A stretch of 44,011 nt of DNA from a virus (Duplodnaviria; Caudoviricetes): IMG/VR virus record IMGVR_UViG_3300020045_007976, positions 1 through 44,011 of that record. One strand, 5' to 3'. The notes under the pieces were generated by a model, which searched no databases, was not told the origin of the DNA, and saw nothing but the letters and a program-made list of their open reading frames with translations. This document shows, piece after piece, positions 36,072 to 44,011 of the stretch (positions are counted from its first letter, which is position 1; every line of letters starts with the position of its first letter). Both the position numbers and the translations under genes were made by a program.

Positions 36072-37677
36072 TTACTTTCTTATTTTCATCAAACCATTTA
36101 TTAAACTCAGATAGTAAAATACTATCTTCTTTTGAATAATCTCGTAATCCATTCCACCAATTGTGGAACAACACTTTCTTTTGAGCTTCTTCATTACCAA
36201 ATATATTATTTACTTTTGATAATGGCAAATGTAAGTACGGCTCTATTCTGGCCTTTAATAAATTTATCTGTAAATCAATTGGGTTGTTTCTGTATTTTGC
36301 CCCCAAATACTCAGAGAATAATTTATCTAAAACAACGCTATTTTCTTCTGCTAAAACCGATTTTTCGTAACGCTCTAATAATACATCATAGCTTTCAATA
36401 ATGTATCTACGTCCTAAATTTATTGTTATTTTACTTTCTAGTTTACTTGTTTTAGAAGCATCTAATAAATTTAAAATCCATTCCGATAATTTCCACTCTA
36501 CGTATTCAGCGAAATCTGCATATTTGTTTAACTGGTTTTCTAAAGGCTGTTTGTCAAATGTAACCTCAGTTGCGGTTTTCATTCCTTGAACATTGTTCAT
36601 TCCGTAAGAAGTCCCCCAATGTGATTTGTACATTTGCTCTTCTAACATTTTCAACGTTTCTTCATATTTACCCCATACTTCCAAATCAGGAGAAATAAAC
36701 CCAGCAATATTTGGTGCCACGATTGGCGAATCTGTATCGGTCGGAATAGGTAGCTCTACTGCATCTGTAACATCTGATTTAGCTACTACTTTACCTTTTC
36801 CATCACAAGTAGGGCATTTTTCGTTGGTTTGTTTCCCTGTACCAGAACAATCAGAACAATAAGTAACATACTTCCAAAATATAGGATTTCCTTTATATAC
36901 TTTATAAAGAGTTAAAAAACTTTGATCTCTGGCATACTCCTTAGCCACTTCAATAATAGAATCGATAGGAGCGATTTTTTCGCTTTCTCCTGCTAATTGT
37001 ATGTTAGAACAAATTACAGCAGGAACCTGACCAAATGGATGTTTGAAGGTTAGTTCTTCAACTAAAATATAATCGTTTCCATTTTTCTCAAAAGTACGGT
37101 CTGTCAAATCATCTACAACCCGGATATATGTTTTTTTGTCTTTAATTTTAGGCTCAAAAATAATATATTCCAAAAGTTGTCCCTTTGATTTGTAAAACCT
37201 GATCTTACTAGAGCTTTTGTAAGTTGGGTAAACGTCTATTTCTGGAATAGTTTTGTACTCTAAAAATATAATCCCGTTAGGATCTGTATTGTATAATTGT
37301 ATGGCGTAAGTTTGCACCCATTCAGAGAGCGTTTTGTTGTCTCTAATGTTTGCAATTTTCTTTAAATAAGTGTCTTTTGTGACTTGTGCTTTTATATCGT
37401 ATTCTTTTACACCACCAGTAGCATAATAAATATTGTCAATCGGTTGGAAAATCCTAGAAAATAAATCTTTTATGCTTCTACTGTATTTTTCTCTAGCTGC
37501 TGCCTTTAAATCACTTTCAATGTTTTCGATTTTGTAAATTAGTTCATCGATAAAATCTTCCCCATTAACCAAAGCGCGCAAGGTAGAAGAGTATTCTCTC
37601 ATTTCTTTAAATTCTGGAGATAAAGATTCGTGCTTTCTCAAATACTCTATCGCTTCGGAGTCGTTTTTAAATATCAT
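36049..37677 (-). CDS. Portal protein with a DnaJ-type Zn-finger insertion
   Basis: Follows TerL; H.FG.VP and TATE motifs; CSDCSGTG..CPTCDGKG. Confidence 0.8.
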   Translation of the reverse strand: MIFKNDSEAIEYLRKHESLSPEFKEMREYSSTLRALVNGEDFIDELIYKIENIESDLKAAAREKYSRSIKDLFSRIFQPIDNIYYATGGVKEYDIKAQVTKDTYLKKIANIRDNKTLSEWVQTYAIQLYNTDPNGIIFLEYKTIPEIDVYPTYKSSSKIRFYKSKGQLLEYIIFEPKIKDKKTYIRVVDDLTDRTFEKNGNDYILVEELTFKHPFGQVPAVICSNIQLAGESEKIAPIDSIIEVAKEYARDQSFLTLYKVYKGNPIFWKYVTYCSDCSGTGKQTNEKCPTCDGKGKVVAKSDVTDAVELPIPTDTDSPIVAPNIAGFISPDLEVWGKYEETLKMLEEQMYKSHWGTSYGMNNVQGMKTATEVTFDKQPLENQLNKYADFAEYVEWKLSEWILNLLDASKTSKLESKITINLGRRYIIESYDVLLERYEKSVLAEENSVVLDKLFSEYLGAKYRNNPIDLQINLLKARIEPYLHLPLSKVNNIFGNEEAQKKVLFHNWWNGLRDYSKEDSILLSEFNKWFDENKKVNGQNKNN

Positions 37678-37697
37678 TTTTAATACTGATTAATTTT

Positions 37698-37705
37698 CAA
37701 ATTTA
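37698..37705 (-). promoter_or_regulatory. -7 promoter element TAAATTTG before the portal gene
   Basis: Matches TAnnTTTG in the intergenic gap. Confidence 0.6.
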
Positions 37706-37716
37706 CAACGTTTATT

Positions 37717-39159
37717 TTAATTATTCCAAATAATTCCTATTTTTTGCTTCCCTTTTATTTCTGGAAGCATTCGCATCATTATTGCATCGGCAAAATCTGG
37801 TGACCTTCCGATTCGTTCTCTAATGAATTCTTTTTTCTCTAAAGACAGTTTTCCATCGTCTGAGAAAGGCAATCTGTTTATTTGTTCTAGCTCTTGAATT
37901 ATCTGATTTCTATAGTTTTTTTCCTGGATAAAAATTAAATTATCCTTGCAAAATTCAGCTAATAAAAAATAACATTGCGCCTTTAAATTCTTATAATTCT
38001 CCTTTTTTCCGCTTACTTTTATCGGAACCGCATTGTTGTTAAATTGCGTTGCTCCTGACAAAACACCGCTATTAGCTGAATTTCTAGTAAACGTTTGAAG
38101 CCCATCGGCATCATAAATTACATTTTTTAAAGGTATTCTATGCTCTATTCGTAATTCATTTATTTTTTTACTTACTTGAGTATCGTCTATTTTATCAATA
38201 GCTATTATTTTTTCAATAACGAAACCAGACCAGACTATTAAAACGAATTTATCCGATCCAGTATAAGCAATATCGCAGGTTAAATACCGGTTTGGAGTTG
38301 GCTTAATAAATTCATTGGTGAATAAATTTAGAATATTATTATATTCAAATAATGCGTACGGGTTGTCGTCATATTCGAAATTACCATAAATCTGCCTTTG
38401 TTTTGTTGCTTCAGATATCTTATCATCGGCTAAAATATCTTTAATCCATTCCGCAACAGCCGGATTAGGGTTGTCACTAGGCAATGCTAAAACAAACTTT
38501 CTGTATAGCGTTTCTAATTTATCAACAAAAGGCTTGTAGAATCTTGAGTATACATGATTTTTAGCCGGGTTAAAACACTCAAAAACTTTTCTTTTTAACC
38601 CGTATTTTTCATTTAATCGCCACCCAGTTCTTTCGAATAGCTTGTCGATAACATCTTGAGCTGTTTCATTACTTTCATCAACAGCGCACCTGGTTAACTC
38701 AAAACCACCAAATCGAGTATTTAACGGATCACTAGGCTTATATGCTGTATCAATTAAAAAAACCTCGCTAGAGTTGTTAAAAACGATTTTGTTTAATTGT
38801 TGATTATAATTAAAATCTCTGTCTTGAATTAAGCCGTAAAAAGACAGTTGTTTGAACAATGTAAGTAAAGCGGTTCTTTTCAATGTTGTCAGCTCCTTTC
38901 TAGCTAGCCCCCAAGCTACCCCTTCATAACACAAACAGTCAAATATAATTGCCGTAACTTCAATTACCGTTTTACCACTCCTAGCACTCCCCCCGTAACC
39001 TATTGACGTCGTAGTATCATCTGCTAATAACTCTAAAGTTTGAATTTGCTTATTAGTGCAATAAAAATAATCCCCATTTACATAACTGCCAATAGGGATG
39101 TGTTTAAACTCTTTTTTTTTATAAAGCTCTAAATAAATTTCAAATTCGTGTTTATTCAT
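37717..39159 (-). CDS. terL: Terminase large subunit
   Basis: YGGSARSGKT, VDES, FNP, CDIA..G.D and GRSPDFADA motifs. Confidence 0.95.
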   Translation of the reverse strand: MNKHEFEIYLELYKKKEFKHIPIGSYVNGDYFYCTNKQIQTLELLADDTTTSIGYGGSARSGKTVIEVTAIIFDCLCYEGVAWGLARKELTTLKRTALLTLFKQLSFYGLIQDRDFNYNQQLNKIVFNNSSEVFLIDTAYKPSDPLNTRFGGFELTRCAVDESNETAQDVIDKLFERTGWRLNEKYGLKRKVFECFNPAKNHVYSRFYKPFVDKLETLYRKFVLALPSDNPNPAVAEWIKDILADDKISEATKQRQIYGNFEYDDNPYALFEYNNILNLFTNEFIKPTPNRYLTCDIAYTGSDKFVLIVWSGFVIEKIIAIDKIDDTQVSKKINELRIEHRIPLKNVIYDADGLQTFTRNSANSGVLSGATQFNNNAVPIKVSGKKENYKNLKAQCYFLLAEFCKDNLIFIQEKNYRNQIIQELEQINRLPFSDDGKLSLEKKEFIRERIGRSPDFADAIMMRMLPEIKGKQKIGIIWNN

Positions 39160-39619
39160 CTAATTTTTTAATCGCTTTAGCTCTCTCGATTAGTTCTTGA
39201 GTGGATAAAGAGGAAAGGTCTAGCCCTTTTATCTCTCCGGAATGTTCTTGTTGGATTTTATCCCCGTATTTCTTAGGATTCTCTTTACTCAACTGCCATT
39301 TTCTTGCATCGATTTGAAGGCGTTTTTTTTGAATATGTCCATTGTCAATTCTTTTGTTTCCAAATTCATCAATATAAACCCCATCGTCGTTATCTGCAAT
39401 TTCTAAAATTTCTTCGTATTTTATTTCTTCTCTAATCTTACAGGCTCTCGCGTATTGTTTCGATTTTTCTTCATCAGATTCTAACCATTCATAGAAAGTA
39501 CTGCTAGAAGGCATATTCAAGCCATTAGATAAACTTTTACGTAAAGAATACCCAAATACCTCAATATCTTTTAATATTAGCTGAAAAACGCTATTTATCT
39601 GTTCTTCTGTATATGCCAT
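39152..39619 (-). CDS. terS: Terminase small subunit
   Basis: PS.STFY.W, QYARA and RLQIDARKW.LSK..PKKYGDK motifs. Confidence 0.9.
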   Translation of the reverse strand: MAYTEEQINSVFQLILKDIEVFGYSLRKSLSNGLNMPSSSTFYEWLESDEEKSKQYARACKIREEIKYEEILEIADNDDGVYIDEFGNKRIDNGHIQKKRLQIDARKWQLSKENPKKYGDKIQQEHSGEIKGLDLSSLSTQELIERAKAIKKLDE

Positions 39620-39627
39620 ATTATTTT

Positions 39628-40020
39628 CTATTTACACCCAATAAACACATCGTTATTTACTGGCTTGGTTAATTGTTGGTTATCGCAATATATTTCCACG
39701 TTTTTAACGTAATATACGCTAGGTGAATTGTATGCGTTGGTAAACTTTCCTGTGCAGTTACACGTTGCTCTTGGTTCTGATTCGCAAGAAAAGAACAGTA
39801 TTGCAATTCCGAAAAGTAGCAATTCTTTCGAGAACACTCTTTTCTTTTTTGTCATGTGGTCTTTTGTAGATTCTTTCAATTCCATATTGTTTGTGATAAC
39901 CATCGTTCCTTTTTTGTATGTTCCGGAGAAGTGTGGTATCTTCTCCACTTTCTCAAAACTCACCGAGTCATACAATATCGCTGCGATTAATATTATCGCT
40001 ATTCCTATAATTATTTCCAT
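39628..40020 (-). CDS. Membrane/lipoprotein
   Basis: N-terminal TM plus an internal lipobox ILFFSC. Confidence 0.6.
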   Translation of the reverse strand: MEIIIGIAIILIAAILYDSVSFEKVEKIPHFSGTYKKGTMVITNNMELKESTKDHMTKKKRVFSKELLLFGIAILFFSCESEPRATCNCTGKFTNAYNSPSVYYVKNVEIYCDNQQLTKPVNNDVFIGCK

Positions 40021-40061
40021 GTTAGTTCTTCGTTAGTTAATGCAAAATATAAGTTTTGGAG

Positions 40062-40535
40062 TTAAATATATTTGTATCTTTTGTTATTTAATATTTCAGA
40101 TATAGTACTTTTTGTAGTACTCATTATTTCAGCAATTTTATATTGAAGAACTCCATCATTTTTTAATGATTTAATTTTCTGAATATCTTCTTCTGAAAAC
40201 TTTCCGTTCCAAAGATTATTACCGTTATTTTTCAATCCTGTTTTATGGGCGTGTATTTGATTTTCAGAATTATTTACCCACTCTAGGTTGATAAGATTAT
40301 TATTTGATTTATTACCATCTTTATGATTAACTTGTTTTTTATCTTTTAATAATGGCAAATATTCGGTAGCTACTAAAACATGAACGTATTTTTGAATTTG
40401 CCTTCCGTTTATAGATAATGTCACTTTTTTATATCCATTTCCATTATCTTGATGCTTCAATCTTAATCCGGTCTTTGAGTTTAAAATAGTTCCATCATTA
40501 CCTACAAAATACTTTGTATCTAAATACCTTCTCAT
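40062..40535 (-). CDS. HNH homing endonuclease
   Basis: VHVLVA..Y...VNHKDG.K.NN..NLEWV..SEN..HA. Confidence 0.9.
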   Translation of the reverse strand: MRRYLDTKYFVGNDGTILNSKTGLRLKHQDNGNGYKKVTLSINGRQIQKYVHVLVATEYLPLLKDKKQVNHKDGNKSNNNLINLEWVNNSENQIHAHKTGLKNNGNNLWNGKFSEEDIQKIKSLKNDGVLQYKIAEIMSTTKSTISEILNNKRYKYI

Positions 40536-40560
40536 CTTACCTCGTTTGCTTTCATAATAT

Positions 40561-40568
40561 CAAATGTA
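40561..40568 (-). promoter_or_regulatory. -7 promoter element TACATTTG
   Basis: Matches TAnnTTTG. Confidence 0.55.
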
Positions 40569-40575
40569 CAAAAAA

Positions 40576-40794
40576 TTATTTACACTCCGTATAATCGTTA
40601 TAAACTATCTTTTCGAAGTTACATTGTTGCTCCTGCGTTTGTGGGTTTCCGATAATTTGTAGGTATCGGCTTGCGATTTCGGATCTTGTGTTGTTTTCCA
40701 CTTCATCGAATGATTGCAATCTTCCGTAGTTGTAACTCACGATTACTCCTGCTATAAATATTCCGATGATTAATATTGCTTGTAGTTTTGTCAT
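40576..40794 (-). CDS. Hypothetical membrane-anchored protein
   Basis: N-terminal TM segment. Confidence 0.6.
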   Translation of the reverse strand: MTKLQAILIIGIFIAGVIVSYNYGRLQSFDEVENNTRSEIASRYLQIIGNPQTQEQQCNFEKIVYNDYTECK

Positions 40795-40806
40795 GGTGTT
40801 TTGTTT

Positions 40807-41250
40807 TTAATCTTCTGCATCAAACGCTACTGTTATCCATTCTTGTATTAGTTCATAACTTCCTTCTGAATAATCGAATTCTTCTCCTAAAGGATAATCG
40901 TTAAGTCCTGGTTGCCATTTATTTTCTAAATGGTACTTCGCCACTTCAAAAGGAAAGTTTGGAGAAATTTCGCATTTAGAATAATATTCTTTTCCTTCAA
41001 CTTTTATTACACGATGCAAGGTTGTCATTACTCTAGTATTATATCCTTCGGTTAAAACACTCATCAAAACCCTAGCATCTAAATCTTTTTCAAATATTTT
41101 TAATTGATTCAAATATTCTTCTCTTGCCTCTTTAGTGTCAAAATAATGATATCCGCTTTCTTGTTTGTGAATGTGTTTAAATTGCTTGTTATAGAAACCT
41201 CCCCAAGTATGCAATAAGTATTCGTATTTTATTTTTTGTTCTGCTTCCAT
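40807..41250 (-). CDS. Hypothetical protein
   Basis: First gene after the promoter at 41278-41285. Confidence 0.7.
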   Translation of the reverse strand: MEAEQKIKYEYLLHTWGGFYNKQFKHIHKQESGYHYFDTKEAREEYLNQLKIFEKDLDARVLMSVLTEGYNTRVMTTLHRVIKVEGKEYYSKCEISPNFPFEVAKYHLENKWQPGLNDYPLGEEFDYSEGSYELIQEWITVAFDAED

Positions 41251-41277
41251 GTTGATAGGTTTTTAATTATTACCCCA

Positions 41278-41285
41278 CAAATATA
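41278..41285 (-). promoter_or_regulatory. -7 promoter element TATATTTG
   Basis: Matches TAnnTTTG. Confidence 0.7.
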
Positions 41286-41363
41286 CACCATTATTTTGAA
41301 TAAACAATCATTAATCAATATATTTTTGTTATTTGGAATGGTTCTATGTAGTGTGGATTTGTA

Positions 41364-41603
41364 TTTTACCCACTTTTTACCCACTTTTTACCCACTTTTT
41401 ACCCACTTTTTAAGCTGTTAAGTACTATATATATTATATATTACCCATATTACCCATAATATATAATATATAATATAATAATACCCCTATTTTCTCATAA
41501 TATAAAGGGGTAGTGGGAAAAGTGGGTAATTACCCAATATTTTACCCACTTTTTTTGTAACGTACTGATTATAAAAGAATTAACTTTTTTAAAAGTGGGT
41601 AAA
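41364..41603. repeat. Iteron-like repeats; candidate replication origin
   Basis: Four tandem ACCCACTTTTT (41368-41411), further TTACCCA copies and inverted AAGTGGGTAA copies around AT-only tracts. Confidence 0.75.
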
Positions 41604-41668
41604 TAGATAAAAATAAATGGGAAATTAAAAATAAATAAATATTTTTTATATATTAATATAAATTTAGC

Positions 41669-41676
41669 TATCTTTG
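41669..41676 (+). promoter_or_regulatory. -7 promoter element TATCTTTG for the replication operon
   Basis: Matches TAnnTTTG. Confidence 0.7.
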
Positions 41677-41693
41677 TTTAAAACATAAAATGT

Positions 41694-41957
41694 ATGGAAA
41701 ATAGAGAAGAGTATTATTCAAGGGAAGAACTATCTGAAGTCTTTGGCGTTTCAATTTTAACTATTGATAATTGGAGAATCTCAGGTAAATTAGATGGGGT
41801 TAAAAACGAAAAAGGAAAATATTTTTTCCACAAAGAACCTGTTAATGTTTTACTGCATGACGAAATAGAGATTTTGAAAATGAGAATTTCTATAATCAAA
41901 TCCAACGAGATTGATAAGCTAAGCAAAAAATTAAAGTATTTACAATCAAAACTTTAA
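41694..41957 (+). CDS. MerR/excisionase-like HTH protein
   Basis: YSREELSEVFGVSILTIDNWRISGKL. Confidence 0.8.
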   Translation: MENREEYYSREELSEVFGVSILTIDNWRISGKLDGVKNEKGKYFFHKEPVNVLLHDEIEILKMRISIIKSNEIDKLSKKLKYLQSKL

Positions 41958-41960
41958 AAT

Positions 41961-43286
41961 ATGTCAGAAGATATATTTGAACAAATGGACAAACTCGTCG
42001 AAGAAAACAACAAGAAGCCTAAATCTGACTTTCCTGTCGATGTTTTTCCGCAGCCGATACAATCCTATATTTTGGACTGCAATACAACATTGGACAGTAA
42101 TATTGATTACATGGGATCAACTCTATTATGGGGAATCTCAACAGTTATTGGCAATAGTTCCGCTTTGCAGTTAAAAAACGGATGGCTAGAATATTGCAGC
42201 TTGTGGATTGCTTGTGTTGGGCGTGCCGGAGTTGGAAAAACACCAAGCATGTCAATGGCGGCCAGACCATTTAAGAAAATAAACACTCAAATGATTAAGT
42301 CTTATCCAAAAAAGCACAAAGCATGGGAAGATAATCCAGGAGATACCGAAGAGCCAAAGCTAGAGCAAATGATAGTTAACGATACGACTATAGAAGCCTT
42401 GGTTTATCTTCATTCTAAGAACTTAAACGCAATTGGAATGTATCGCGATGAATTAGATGCTTGGGTAAAAAACATGGCCAGATATTCTAACGGTTCGGAT
42501 ATGCCTTTTTGGTTGGCCGCATGGTCAGGAGAAGATAGTTCTTCAAATAGAAAAAGTGGCGATAATTTTTTAGACAAACCTTTCGTTCCAATAATCGGAG
42601 GTGTACAGCCAGCTATTCTAGAAACATTTAGTACTGACGAAAATAAAAGCAACGGATTTTTAGACAGGATTTTATTATGTTGTCCAGAAATAAACGTGGA
42701 GTTTTATAATCCAAACGAAATGAATTCAACGGCAATCGAATGGTACGACGATTATGTTTTGAGATTTCACCGAACGATAAAAATGAATATTCGAATCGAC
42801 GAAAACGAAGAAATAATTCCGATCAGGTATAAATTTGATGTTGAGGCACACGCTGAGTTTGAAAAATGCTTTAATACAATCGTTATAATGCAGAATTCAG
42901 ACGAAGAAAACGAGTATATGAAGAGTATGTTGCCAAAGCAGAAAAACTACATTTTACGCTTCTCATTAATATTGCATTTAATGCACAATATTGATTGCGT
43001 GGTTATTCCTGTATTAATTTCAAGAGATATTGTCTTAAAAGCTTGGAAATTGAGCGAATACTTCATATCTCAGGCAAAAAAAGTAAAAGTAAATGCTAGT
43101 GAAACAGCAAGTATTAAAGATTTACTTATTAAGCACAAAGATTTAAGCCCGAAAGAAAGGTTTAAAATGATTTACGAAAGAGGCGGTAAATTAAATCACA
43201 GCAAAATAGCTGAAGAATTAAATGTATCAAGAAAATCTCTTTTTAATTGGACAAAAGAATTTAACGACAAGAAAAATGAAGTATAA
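41961..43286 (+). CDS. DUF3987-like P-loop helicase/replication protein with a C-terminal HTH
   Basis: FPVDVFP, GRAGVGKTP, DTT.EAL, RDEL, GGVQP and NGFLDR motifs; terminal IAEELNVSRKSL. Confidence 0.85.
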   Translation: MSEDIFEQMDKLVEENNKKPKSDFPVDVFPQPIQSYILDCNTTLDSNIDYMGSTLLWGISTVIGNSSALQLKNGWLEYCSLWIACVGRAGVGKTPSMSMAARPFKKINTQMIKSYPKKHKAWEDNPGDTEEPKLEQMIVNDTTIEALVYLHSKNLNAIGMYRDELDAWVKNMARYSNGSDMPFWLAAWSGEDSSSNRKSGDNFLDKPFVPIIGGVQPAILETFSTDENKSNGFLDRILLCCPEINVEFYNPNEMNSTAIEWYDDYVLRFHRTIKMNIRIDENEEIIPIRYKFDVEAHAEFEKCFNTIVIMQNSDEENEYMKSMLPKQKNYILRFSLILHLMHNIDCVVIPVLISRDIVLKAWKLSEYFISQAKKVKVNASETASIKDLLIKHKDLSPKERFKMIYERGGKLNHSKIAEELNVSRKSLFNWTKEFNDKKNEV

Positions 43287-43416
43287 TTTATTACAACAAA
43301 TGTATGATTATCATGCCGATTTATTTTGCGATGGAACAATTTGTTTTAAAATGTTTCAGGAGTTGGAAGCGGAGTTTATTAAGAGAAGTTATTTATTCAC
43401 TATTTGTTTGAACTAA
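43276..43416 (+). CDS. Small hypothetical protein (46 aa)
   Basis: Bridges the DUF3987-like and DUF6371-like genes; TAATG coupling. Confidence 0.5.
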   Translation: MKYNLLQQMYDYHADLFCDGTICFKMFQELEAEFIKRSYLFTICLN

Positions 43417-44011
43417 TGGACTTCAAGTATTCTTTAGCAAAAAAAGGAAAGGTCGTATGTGATAATTGTGGTAAAAAAACCGCAGTTCAATACGTAGAAA
43501 ATGAAACGGGTAATTTTGTGCCAGGCGCAATGCGTTGTGATCGTGAAAGCAATTGCGGTTATCATAAAAAACCAGACTCGAATCCTGTTTTGGTAGTTTC
43601 GATGAAGGATAGGATTATTGAGAAGAAAAGGACATCATTTATTCCGATTCGAACTTTAGATGATATTTTTTCGGTACAGGAGAATGATTATTTAACTCAA
43701 TTTTTATTGACTAAATTCTCAGAAAAAGAAGTTTTTCGAGTTGTTAGAGATTATTTTATTTCGTCTATCAACCGAAAAACAGTCTTTTGGCAAATTGACG
43801 AATTAGAAAGAGTTCGAACGGGTAAAATTATGACTTATAATTCTTCAAACGGAAAAAGGGTAAAAAACCAAGAAGGCAAAGCTGCTATTAATTGGATACA
43901 TTCTTATTTGAAAATTGATAATTTCAATATAGATCAATGCTTGTTTGGACTGCATTTAGTTAAGGAACAGAAAAATAAAACCATTGGATTAGTTGAAAGT
44001 GAGAAAACAGC
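43416..44011 (+). CDS. DUF6371-like primase (Zn-ribbon + Toprim-like), 5' part; continues across the junction to 377, about 283 aa
   Basis: Read manually: MDFKYSLAKKGKVVCDNCGKK...RCDRESNCGYH...FWQID...RTGKIM. Open to the window end and in frame with 18..377. Confidence 0.8.
   Translation, partial: MDFKYSLAKKGKVVCDNCGKKTAVQYVENETGNFVPGAMRCDRESNCGYHKKPDSNPVLVVSMKDRIIEKKRTSFIPIRTLDDIFSVQENDYLTQFLLTKFSEKEVFRVVRDYFISSINRKTVFWQIDELERVRTGKIMTYNSSNGKRVKNQEGKAAINWIHSYLKIDNFNIDQCLFGLHLVKEQKNKTIGLVESEKT
43891..44011. repeat. Second copy of the 121-nt terminal overlap
   Basis: Identical to 1-121. Confidence 0.95.

Noticed and set aside
17327-36862. Plus-strand ORFs within the late region (e.g. 17327-17719, 24233-24613, 28005-28274, 36626-36862)
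   Set aside because: These are antisense shadows of well-supported minus-strand genes.
41364-41411. CRISPR array
   Set aside because: Tandem 11-mers without spacers, and no cas genes.
41694-41957. Excisionase implying an integrating prophage
   Set aside because: No integrase or att-like context is visible in the complete circle.

Overview
Complete, circularly assembled genome (about 43,890 bp; bases 1-121 repeat exactly at 43891-44011) of an AT-rich tailed phage with siphovirus-type gene content. The host is probably Flavobacteriaceae/Bacteroidota, judged from TAnnTTTG promoters, a T9SS-like sorting tail and DUF3127/DUF3987/DUF6371-like genes. There are four blocks. (1) A leftward early block (406-10200) holds VRR-NUC nuclease, SF2 helicase, NUMOD4-HNH, SSB-like protein, YqaJ exonuclease and two cytosine methyltransferases. 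(2) A rightward array of small ORFs (10356-16624). (3) A tRNA cluster and the leftward lysis, tail, head and terminase genes (16738-41250). (4) An iteron-like origin and a rightward replication module (41364-end, wrapping to 377). No integrase, DNA polymerase or CRISPR array was seen. Two candidate undescribed regulatory systems stand out. First, the helicase Walker A motif is interrupted by GGT-TAA-GGC, a matched stop-hop ribosomal bypass site preceded by a hairpin and lying next to a homing endonuclease. Second, the tRNA cluster lies behind a promoter, leader peptide and terminator, and the leader is rich in the codons those tRNAs read, suggesting an attenuator that senses tRNA depletion. 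All product names come from motif recognition by eye; no database searches were run.
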